In this document: piece by piece, positions 10,117 to 18,041 of the stretch | How the letters are laid out: the number at the start of each line of letters is the position of its first letter | Position numbering within the stretch: the stretch's first letter is position 1 | Source: a virus | IMG/VR virus record: IMGVR_UViG_3300023110_000006 | DNA length: 64,000 nucleotides | Reading direction: 5' to 3' (one strand) | Made by a program: the position numbers and the translations under genes | The notes under the pieces: generated by a model | Told to the model about the DNA's origin: nothing | Seen by the model: only the letters and a program-made list of their open reading frames with translations | The model's database searches: none

Positions 10117-11127
10117 ATGTTTAAGAAAGCGGCTGTCTTTACAGATATCCATTTTGGCCTTAAAGGCAATAGTAAGGTTCACAACGATGATTGTGAAAGA
10201 TTTATAGACTGGTACATAGAACGTGCAAAAGAGCACGGTTGTGAAACTGGTATATTTTGTGGTGATTGGCACCACAACAGGAATAGTCTTAATCTTACAA
10301 CTATGGATGCTACTATACGTTGTTTAGAAAAACTTGGACAAGCATTTGAAAATTTTTATATGTTTGTTGGCAATCACGATTTGTACTACAAAGACAAACG
10401 TGATGTAAGTTCAACAGAGTTTGCAAGGCATATTCCAGGTATTACAGTAGTAGAAAATTTTACTGAAATTGAAGATGTAGCACTTGTTCCTTGGTTAGTT
10501 GGAGACGAGTGGCAAAAAATACAAAAATGTAAAGCCAAATATATGTTTGGTCATTTTGAATTACCTCATTTTTATATGAATGCTATGGTGCAAATGCCAG
10601 ATCATGGTGATTTGAAAGCAGAACACTTTGTAAATCAAGAGTATGTGTTTAGCGGACATTTTCATAAACGTCAACGACAAGGAAAAATACATTATCTGGG
10701 TAATGCATTTCCGCACAACTATGCAGATGCATGGGATGACAAACGCGGAATGATGGTGCTTGATAGAGAAAACAACGAAGAGCCTGTGTACATTGACTGG
10801 GAAGATTGTCCAAAATACAGAACAACTACATTAAGCAAACTTCTAGACCCACAATCAGATGTTATCAAAGCTAATATGTATCTGCGTGTTACTATTGACG
10901 TTCCAATTAGCTACGAAGAAGCAAGTTTTATTAAAGAAACTTATGTAAACAATTATGGATGTAGAGAAATAACACTAATTCCTGAAAAACAAATGGAAGA
11001 AATTAGTACAAACTTAGATATTACTAAGTTTGAAAGTGTTGATCAAATTGTTTCAAAAGAAATTGAAGCTATTGAAAGTGAACAATTTAATAAAAAAATG
11101 TTACTAGACATATACAACGAGTTATAA
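10117..11127 (+). CDS. Recombination endonuclease subunit gp47 (Mre11/SbcD-like)
   Basis: Metallophosphoesterase motifs DIHFG, GD, GNHD and GHFH. Confidence 0.92.
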   Translation: MFKKAAVFTDIHFGLKGNSKVHNDDCERFIDWYIERAKEHGCETGIFCGDWHHNRNSLNLTTMDATIRCLEKLGQAFENFYMFVGNHDLYYKDKRDVSSTEFARHIPGITVVENFTEIEDVALVPWLVGDEWQKIQKCKAKYMFGHFELPHFYMNAMVQMPDHGDLKAEHFVNQEYVFSGHFHKRQRQGKIHYLGNAFPHNYADAWDDKRGMMVLDRENNEEPVYIDWEDCPKYRTTTLSKLLDPQSDVIKANMYLRVTIDVPISYEEASFIKETYVNNYGCREITLIPEKQMEEISTNLDITKFESVDQIVSKEIEAIESEQFNKKMLLDIYNEL

Positions 11128-12900
11128 ATGCTAAAAATAAAAGATTTAACAGTAAAGAATTTTATGAGTGTGGGTAATCAAACCCAAGCTGTTGATTTTA
11201 ACAAACAACAACTAACACTCGTGCTTGGTGAAAACTTAGATCAAGGAGGTGATGATTCTGGATCACGTAACGGTACAGGCAAAACTACAATAATCAATGC
11301 ATTATCGTATGCACTGTATGGCCAAGCATTGACCAACATCAAACGGAACAATCTTATTAATAAGACTAATTCTAAAGGGATGTTGGTCACCCTACATTTT
11401 GAGAAAGATGGACAAGACTACAGAATTGAGCGCGGACGCTCTCCCAATGTTTTGAAATTCTTTATCAATAATGAAGAGCAAGAACTAATTGATGAATCTC
11501 AAGGTGACAGCCGCAAGACCCAAGAGACTATCAATAGCTTGCTAGGTATGAGTCACGATATGTTTAAACATGTCGTGGCTCTTAATACCTATACTGAACC
11601 TTTTTTATCATTGCGGCAAAATGATCAACGTGCAATTATTGAACAACTTTTAGGCATTACAATACTAACTGAAAAAGCAGAAATACTTAAAGAACAGATC
11701 AAACAAACAAAAGATGCAATTACGGAAGAAACTGCAAAAATTACAGGTATACAAACTGCTAACGAAAGAGTACAAAGTACTATCACTAGTTTACAAGGAA
11801 CACAACGGGCTTGGCAAGCAAAGAAAAAAGCAGATGAAGAAAAACTTGCACAATCAATTGACGAACTAGAACATTTAGATATAGACAAAGAATTAGATGC
11901 ACATGAAAAACTAGCCAATTGGACAGAAATGAACAATGCTATTATGGCTCTTAACAAAGAAAAAAGCACACTAGAGAGTGCATTACTACGTGCTAACAAG
12001 TCTGTGGAAAAAGCAGAAAAAGACATCGCAAATCTAGAAGATGCTACTTGTTATACATGTGGACAAGCACTACATGATGATAAAAAAGCTGAATTAGAGA
12101 CACGTAAAACTAAAGAACTAGAAGATGCACTTGCATACCAAACAGAAGTAGCAGACAAACTTGAAGATGTTGTTAAAGGACTAAATGAAATTGGTGATAT
12201 TAACGGAAGACCTAACACATTTTACGAAAGTGCAAAAGAAGCATATGAGCATAGACAGAATGTTGATAGCTTAAAACAAGCATTAGAAAACAAAACCAAC
12301 GAAGATGATCCGTATGCAGAGCAAATTAAAGAATTAGAAACAACTGCACTACAAGAAATAGATTGGCAGGCTGTAAACACACTAGATACATTTAAAGAAC
12401 ACCAAGAATTTTTATTAAAATTACTGACAAACAAAGATAGTTTTATACGTAAGAAAATTATTGATCAGAATCTTGCATATTTGAACAATAGACTTACACA
12501 TTATTTAGATAAACTAGGACTTCCTCATCAAGTTGAATTCCAAAATGATTTAAATGTACAAATTACACAACTTGGACAAGACTTAGACTTTGATAACTTG
12601 AGTCGAGGTGAGAGAAATAGACTTATACTTGGTATGAGCTTTTCATTCCGAGATGTATGGGAAAGTTTGTATCAAAATATTAACTTGTTGTTTATTGATG
12701 AGCTTATTGATAGTGGTATGGACACAGCTGGTGTAGAAAGTTCATTAGCAGTAATCAAGAAAATGGGTAGAGAATTACAGAAAAATGTATTCCTCATCTC
12801 ACACAAAGATGAACTTGTAGGTAGAGTAAATCATGTTATGAAAGTTATTAAAGAAAACGGATTTACATCGTATGAAAATGATATAGAGATAGTAGAATGA
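11128..12900 (+). CDS. Recombination ATPase subunit gp46 (Rad50/SbcC-like)
   Basis: Walker A NGTGKTT, zinc hook CYTCGQ, signature LSRGE, Walker B FIDE, ISH. Confidence 0.93.
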   Translation: MLKIKDLTVKNFMSVGNQTQAVDFNKQQLTLVLGENLDQGGDDSGSRNGTGKTTIINALSYALYGQALTNIKRNNLINKTNSKGMLVTLHFEKDGQDYRIERGRSPNVLKFFINNEEQELIDESQGDSRKTQETINSLLGMSHDMFKHVVALNTYTEPFLSLRQNDQRAIIEQLLGITILTEKAEILKEQIKQTKDAITEETAKITGIQTANERVQSTITSLQGTQRAWQAKKKADEEKLAQSIDELEHLDIDKELDAHEKLANWTEMNNAIMALNKEKSTLESALLRANKSVEKAEKDIANLEDATCYTCGQALHDDKKAELETRKTKELEDALAYQTEVADKLEDVVKGLNEIGDINGRPNTFYESAKEAYEHRQNVDSLKQALENKTNEDDPYAEQIKELETTALQEIDWQAVNTLDTFKEHQEFLLKLLTNKDSFIRKKIIDQNLAYLNNRLTHYLDKLGLPHQVEFQNDLNVQITQLGQDLDFDNLSRGERNRLILGMSFSFRDVWESLYQNINLLFIDELIDSGMDTAGVESSLAVIKKMGRELQKNVFLISHKDELVGRVNHVMKVIKENGFTSYENDIEIVE

Positions 12901-13163
12901 GTAAAGATGTAGTTGTATCAAACTGTTTAGGTGAAGAAGCAACTCCTATAGATCGCCTCTATGGCGATTTGCACGGAAAATATTTTGTTGTACAAAAAGA
13001 CTTTACACATTACAAAGGCAAAATTCATAAAAAAGGCACACTAGTAAAAGGACTTGACGGCAATAGGTTTAGAAGCCATTGTTTTGTAACAGATGATAAC
13101 CGTTGGTTTGACCGTTGTGGTATGCCAATAGCAAAACCTTCTAATTTAGTGAACGATGAGTGA
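12897..13163 (+). CDS. Hypothetical protein (88 aa)
   Basis: ATGA overlap with gp46; overlaps the next gene. Confidence 0.6.
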   Translation: MSKDVVVSNCLGEEATPIDRLYGDLHGKYFVVQKDFTHYKGKIHKKGTLVKGLDGNRFRSHCFVTDDNRWFDRCGMPIAKPSNLVNDE

Positions 13164-13374
13164 TATAACAGACGACATACATGACCAATTGACAAAGGCA
13201 TACTTAGAATACTTCAAGGCAAATGAAAAGTTTGAAGCACGTAACTCAGTGAGAACGCACAAAGAAGTACGAAGATGGTTAAGAACTATCCGTACTTTAG
13301 CTAAAACACGGATGGAAGAGATTCATGTGCATCATAACACAACTCGAAAAACCAAATCAGACGTAGATTCTTAA
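13156..13374 (+). CDS. Hypothetical protein (72 aa, helical and basic)
   Basis: Overlapping ORF in the same operon with plausible composition. Confidence 0.6.
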   Translation: MSDITDDIHDQLTKAYLEYFKANEKFEARNSVRTHKEVRRWLRTIRTLAKTRMEEIHVHHNTTRKTKSDVDS

Positions 13375-13394
13375 TAGGCCAGGGTAAGTACCAC

Positions 13395-13829
13395 ATGCAA
13401 TGGACTTATCAAGGAAAACAAGTGACAGAAATACCAGAAGGTATTGAAGGATTTGTTTACTTGATAACAAATCTTACAAATAATAAAAAGTATATAGGCA
13501 AAAAACTAGCAAAGTTTAAAAAAACCCGTCCTCCATTAAAAGGACGGAAAAATAAACGCAGATCTAAGGTAGAATCAGATTGGAGAGACTATTGGGGATC
13601 TTCAGATAAACTAATAGCAGACGTAGAACAACTAGGCCAAGACAAATTTAGCAGGGAAATACTGTATTATTGTAAAAGTAGAGGCGAATTATCATATTTA
13701 GAGGCTAAAGAACAGTTTGCCCGTGAAGTATTGTTGAGTGATGAGTATTATAACGGGATTATTAATGTAAGGGTAGGCGGTTCTAAGATTTTAAGAGAAA
13801 ATTTAAAGGCACACAAGGACACTGTTTGA
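13395..13829 (+). CDS. Stand-alone GIY-YIG (Seg-like) endonuclease
   Basis: GFVYLITN...KYIGKK, LEAKEQF and EYYNG motifs; only 144 aa, with no C-terminal DNA-binding domain. Confidence 0.8.
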   Translation: MQWTYQGKQVTEIPEGIEGFVYLITNLTNNKKYIGKKLAKFKKTRPPLKGRKNKRRSKVESDWRDYWGSSDKLIADVEQLGQDKFSREILYYCKSRGELSYLEAKEQFAREVLLSDEYYNGIINVRVGGSKILRENLKAHKDTV

Positions 13830-14137
13830 TCTAGATAGCTAGATCCACCTTGAGTAGCAGGAAACTGCATCAGAACTGGTGAGTCCAACAGGCTGTATGC
13901 TACGAAAACCCCTTAGCACTAGGAACGAAGCGGGGGATAGCACTTTAATTTATAAAGTGTGATGTCGACGTAGGTTGGGAAAGGTTAGAGCCCAGTAGCA
14001 TAGTCAAATACCTACTTCCGATCTCGGCTGAGCGAACTCACATGAAGTTTTCGAGATGATGGAACCGCTAGTAGGTTCCGTCTGACTAAACAATCTACAT
14101 GAAGTTACAACAATATCACTACGTGATATTGCTTTTT
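13815..14137 (+). ncRNA. Putative highly structured non-coding RNA downstream of the GIY-YIG gene
   Basis: GC-enriched, no convincing ORF, at least 8 helices visible by eye including crossing (pseudoknot) pairings; ends in a hairpin plus T-run. Confidence 0.55.
14111..14137 (+). terminator. Intrinsic terminator-like hairpin
   Basis: CAATATCAC-TAC-GTGATATTG followed by CTTTTT. Confidence 0.55.
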
Positions 14138-14228
14138 AATTAAATAGTTTAGTTTGAGCGCAAGCGAAAACTTATATCTACGAAGTAGATATACTAAATA
14201 CACTTATAAAACGTTTTAGGATGATAAC

Positions 14229-14876
14229 ATGCGTGTAACAGATATTACAGAACAACAAATCAACGAAGCACCAACTAGTAGACTTGGAAATTTCGCCAAA
14301 AAAATAGGTGCAAAAGCCGCAGGTGCTGTAGGTATGTCAGGAACAGCTGGACGACTTGGTGGCGGTGCAGAAGTAGGAACAAAAGCAAACGAATTATACA
14401 AATCACTTGCAAGATGGCAAGGTATTAACGGCAAAAATGATAAAAACATGACAGCGGCTGATGTTAAAGCATGGGCGGCTCAGGACAAAGTTAATGTAAG
14501 CGCAGTTCAAATGCCAAATGGTGTACTTCCTAAAAATAAATTAATGGATATTATGAAAAAAGTTGCGGCTAGTGAATTAACTGGCGGTAACGTAGGTGCA
14601 GAACCGGCATCTAAAGCGCAGGCCACACCGCAGAGCGGTGGTGGAGGAGCTATTAGCAAAGCAATTGACGCCCTACAAAAAACAACAGGTAAGGCTGGTG
14701 TAAACAATACTCCGGGTAATGCAGTTCCTGCATCTGATGAAGCAGGTTCAAAAGCAAATCAACAACCTGCAAACGTTAAAGATTTAAAAAACAAAGAAGG
14801 TATTCCACCTAACATTCAAACTATGTTAGATAAACTTACTCCTACAGAGAAAAAAGCACTTGCAGGAGCAATATAA
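14229..14876 (+). CDS. Hypothetical protein, probable head-internal virion protein
   Basis: Preceded by TAAATA (14195-14200); N-terminal ITE/INE motifs resembling prohead-protease sites; Ala/Gly/Lys-rich. Confidence 0.6.
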   Translation: MRVTDITEQQINEAPTSRLGNFAKKIGAKAAGAVGMSGTAGRLGGGAEVGTKANELYKSLARWQGINGKNDKNMTAADVKAWAAQDKVNVSAVQMPNGVLPKNKLMDIMKKVAASELTGGNVGAEPASKAQATPQSGGGGAISKAIDALQKTTGKAGVNNTPGNAVPASDEAGSKANQQPANVKDLKNKEGIPPNIQTMLDKLTPTEKKALAGAI

Positions 14877-16831
14877 TGCAACTAGGCGAAGTAACAAACT
14901 ATAATTTACGTTCACAAACGATATTAAATGAAAGTTGGCAAGATCTAACAGAAAGTCAACGCTTGTATATAGGCCGTTGGGAAAAAGAATTATGGCCTTT
15001 GTTAGAAGAATACACAAAACAAATTAATGAAGCAACACTAACTGTTGATCAAATTGAAGCAATCTTCAAAGGTGCTGAATCGCAAGCAATGGCTGGCGGT
15101 GACAATAAGAATATCCTTGGCAAAGCAGGATCGGCCGCAGGGGCAGTAGCTAAACTTCCAATTGACATTGCAAAAAAAGTAGATGCAAAAATAAATGAAC
15201 TAGGCAAAGCCGCAAAAAATGCTGGTCCAGTAAAAAACATGGACAAAAAATTTAATGATCTCAAAGCAGACATTATGGCAAACAAGCCAGACAGTAAAGT
15301 TGTACAAGGTATTGTTAAAGTAAGTGACTGGGCAAAAGCAAATCCAGGCAAGGCAAGTATTGCAGTTGGTATTCTAACAGCTATTGCGGCATTCGCAGGT
15401 GGACCAATGGGCGGTGCGGCCGCTGGTTTAATACTACGTTCAACAAATGAATTATTAAAAGGTGAAGATTTATCTTCGGCAATAGGAAAGTCTGTTAAAA
15501 CTGCCGCTTACGGTGCTCTTGCTGGCTGGGCACTTCAAGGTATTGGTGACTGGTTAGAAGGATTGCGATTTGATGCAGTACCTTATGAAAAAGCACCTGG
15601 ACTAACAACTATGGAAGTTGGATTTCAAAAAACTTTAGAAGTTCCGGGATTTAAAGCAGTTGATACACTAGGTAGTATTATAGTTCCAGAAGACCGTGTT
15701 GGAGAATTTACTCAATTACTTGACGCAATGAAAGATGCAACAGCCGCAACAGGTAGCACAACTGATCCTGCGGCACTAGATGCATTTAGTCAACTTAAAA
15801 ACTTTGTAGATGGCTTTGATAAAGGAGAATTTATCAAAGATATGAATCTTGCAAACGAAGTAGCACAAGAAATTGCCGCACAAAATGATGCATTCTTACA
15901 AAACTTAACTGCCGCTAATAGTGCTATTGCCGCAGTTGCACAAGGTAGTATACAAGGTGCAGGAGAAAAAGGTGCATTTAAAATTGGCGGTGACGAAGTT
16001 AAGCCTGGAGATGTTGTAACAAGTGCGGCAGGTAATAAAAAGGTTGCAGGTGTAGATAGTAAAGCAACAACAACTGATCCTAGCAATTTAGCTGGCAGAG
16101 CTAAAATTATGAAAGCGGCAGACGAATCAGTTGATATGGAAACAGAATTTGAACGTTTCTTAGCAGAAGCTGGAGTAATGGACAAAATTAAATCTGGTGT
16201 CAAATCAGCCGCTGGCGCAGTAGCAGGCGGTGCAAAAGCTGTTGGTAAAGAATTAGGTAACAAAGTTACATACAACAAACTTATGAAACAGTGGAAAGGA
16301 GCAGGGGAACCTGCCGACACTGCAAGTATTATGAATATATTACAAGATGCTGGACTAACTAACGACCAAATTGCAAACATAGGACAGGAAGCCAAAGTAG
16401 ATCTTGGTAAGCCTAGTGAGCAACCTAAAGCAAGTGAACCGGCAACAGCAAGTGAACCAGCACCAAGTGGTGAACAACCATCAAACACAGCAACCCAACC
16501 AACAGGAGATACTAAAGTGGAACCATCAGAAATCCAAAAAGGTGATACAAGAGAAGTAAACGGAAAAACTTACAAATGGATGGGAGCTCTTTGGGTAGAC
16601 ACAGCAACAAACAAACCTATTGGAATTTTGCCTTCAATGAAAGCAGGACTTCCTAATCCAAAATTAGATCCTATTATACAAGCCGCTAAAAACGATCCAG
16701 AACTAGCAAAATTAATAAAAGCACAAGTGACTTCAAAAGGTGTAGAAGCAGGCTCAGCAGGCGCACAACAAGCCGCACAAGCTGGTGTACAAGGTACTGA
16801 AAAACTTGATGCAAAAGGTGTAAGTACTTAA
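14876..16831 (+). CDS. Hypothetical 651-aa protein, probable internal/ejection protein
   Basis: Coupled to the upstream gene (TAATG); ILNES/INEA/LAEA motifs; Gly-zipper hydrophobic hairpin. Confidence 0.6.
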   Translation: MQLGEVTNYNLRSQTILNESWQDLTESQRLYIGRWEKELWPLLEEYTKQINEATLTVDQIEAIFKGAESQAMAGGDNKNILGKAGSAAGAVAKLPIDIAKKVDAKINELGKAAKNAGPVKNMDKKFNDLKADIMANKPDSKVVQGIVKVSDWAKANPGKASIAVGILTAIAAFAGGPMGGAAAGLILRSTNELLKGEDLSSAIGKSVKTAAYGALAGWALQGIGDWLEGLRFDAVPYEKAPGLTTMEVGFQKTLEVPGFKAVDTLGSIIVPEDRVGEFTQLLDAMKDATAATGSTTDPAALDAFSQLKNFVDGFDKGEFIKDMNLANEVAQEIAAQNDAFLQNLTAANSAIAAVAQGSIQGAGEKGAFKIGGDEVKPGDVVTSAAGNKKVAGVDSKATTTDPSNLAGRAKIMKAADESVDMETEFERFLAEAGVMDKIKSGVKSAAGAVAGGAKAVGKELGNKVTYNKLMKQWKGAGEPADTASIMNILQDAGLTNDQIANIGQEAKVDLGKPSEQPKASEPATASEPAPSGEQPSNTATQPTGDTKVEPSEIQKGDTREVNGKTYKWMGALWVDTATNKPIGILPSMKAGLPNPKLDPIIQAAKNDPELAKLIKAQVTSKGVEAGSAGAQQAAQAGVQGTEKLDAKGVST

Positions 16832-17058
16832 AAGAAAGGCTGTCCGGTCTTTTTTGTTGTTTCTAAATTTTCTTTAATTAATTCAGCTATTATTTTTCTA
16901 TCTTCAGGTTCCATCATAAATGCTTCTTCTAGTGTGATGCTTCCTCGCATGTGCCACATCATACGCATAATATCAGATTTTAGCTGTTTGCTTTGCCCTT
17001 CAAGATTTTTTACTTCTTGTAGGATCTGTTCAACGGGCCACTGAACGATCCTTACGCG
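16828..17058 (-). CDS. -1 frameshift extension (76 aa) of the gp26-like/tail chaperone gene; missing from the ORF track
   Basis: Open -1 frame RVRIVQWPVEQILQEVKNLEGQSKQLKSDIMRMMWHMRGSITLEEAFMMEPEDRKIIAELIKENLETTKKTGQPFF*, entered at slippery T TTT TTC. Confidence 0.75.
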   Translation of the reverse strand, partial: RVRIVQWPVEQILQEVKNLEGQSKQLKSDIMRMMWHMRGSITLEEAFMMEPEDRKIIAELIKENLETTKKTGQPFF

Positions 17059-17064
17059 AAAAAA
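17021..17064 (-). promoter_or_regulatory. Programmed -1 ribosomal frameshift signal (slippery heptamer plus 3' stem-loop)
   Basis: U UUU UUC (17064-17058), a 5-nt spacer, then hairpin AGGAUCGUUCA...UGAAC(A)GAUCCU (17052-17021). Confidence 0.75.
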
Positions 17065-17963
17065 GTTGATTGATCAAATGTAATTGGAATTTGAAAAGTT
17101 TCCGGAACTCCTTGTTCAATTTGTTCTTCTGTTGCTCTAACATCCATAGGAGGTACTTGAAATTTTTCTTTTTCAGTTTTAATATGTTCTTGTAAAGCAT
17201 TAAAAAATTTCTTTTCACTATTTTCTAAAAATTCTGTAATAAAGGCTCTTTCAGTTACTTCTGTTGTATCTTCAGCTGATAGTAAAGTAATTTTTTCTAC
17301 ACTATTTGCAACCATTTGCAGTGTTAGGTCTCTTATTTTATTAAAACTTTCTGTAAATTTTTGAAGTTTTATATCTTCTTGCATATCATCTGTGTTTACA
17401 AGTGCAAGTATTCTTTGTTCTTCAAAAGTTTGCATGTTAATTTTACTAAAATCCATATAGGTCAACGGTTTTGTTGTAACTTCCATATTTTCAAAAGTAA
17501 ATGTTGGATTGAACACAGCATTTGTGTATCTATCTAGTACTTGTCGGAGGTCGATAGAGTAATCAACAGTTTCTTTTAAGCCTGGAGGAGTAGCAGTAAT
17601 TTCCATTGTTTCACCATAGGTTGCAATTCTAATAGCAACAAGACTTGCATCAATATCTAGTGCTGGCATTTTCCAAGGATCTTTAATATTAGGAATACAA
17701 CTTTTTATCATGTCTACAGTTGCTTGTCCATTTAAAAGAGCATCAGGTGTTTTAAGAGCTAGTTCGTCTTTTGCTGTCATAGCATAAACTGGAAGCTCTC
17801 CGTTTTCTGGCATTTCTAAACTACCTTCTGGATAGTATTTTCCTTTGCTAGGCAGTGTTAGATAAATTTTAGGTTGTCTAAAATGTTTTCTAAGTGGATT
17901 GTCTCCACTTGGTTTTATTTCTTGCATAAGTGGGTTATGTCCACTAGGCTTTATTTCTGGCAT
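17052..17963 (-). CDS. Baseplate hub assembly / tail assembly chaperone, T4 gp26-like
   Basis: NPLRKHFRQPKIYLTLPSKG, MTAKDEL and IRIATYGE motifs; divergent from the tape measure gene. Confidence 0.75.
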   Translation of the reverse strand: MPEIKPSGHNPLMQEIKPSGDNPLRKHFRQPKIYLTLPSKGKYYPEGSLEMPENGELPVYAMTAKDELALKTPDALLNGQATVDMIKSCIPNIKDPWKMPALDIDASLVAIRIATYGETMEITATPPGLKETVDYSIDLRQVLDRYTNAVFNPTFTFENMEVTTKPLTYMDFSKINMQTFEEQRILALVNTDDMQEDIKLQKFTESFNKIRDLTLQMVANSVEKITLLSAEDTTEVTERAFITEFLENSEKKFFNALQEHIKTEKEKFQVPPMDVRATEEQIEQGVPETFQIPITFDQSTFFA

Positions 17964-18041
17964 ATTTTCCTCCGCATAAATACATTATAATCGTATATAT
18001 GAATTATATTTATATACGCACATAATGGGATTCTGTTGTTT

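Noticed and set aside
13830-14110. Group I intron (UAGUC and GACUA resemble the P7 strands; GIY-YIG gene adjacent)
   Set aside because: The S-like strand precedes the R-like strand on both strands, the reverse of the canonical order. There are no P/Q motifs and no interrupted host gene. A permuted or derived ribozyme is not excluded.
17030-17218. 62-aa minus-strand ORF overlapping the gp26-like gene
   Set aside because: Lies almost entirely inside the gene in another frame; the meaningful extension is the -1 frame ending at 16828.
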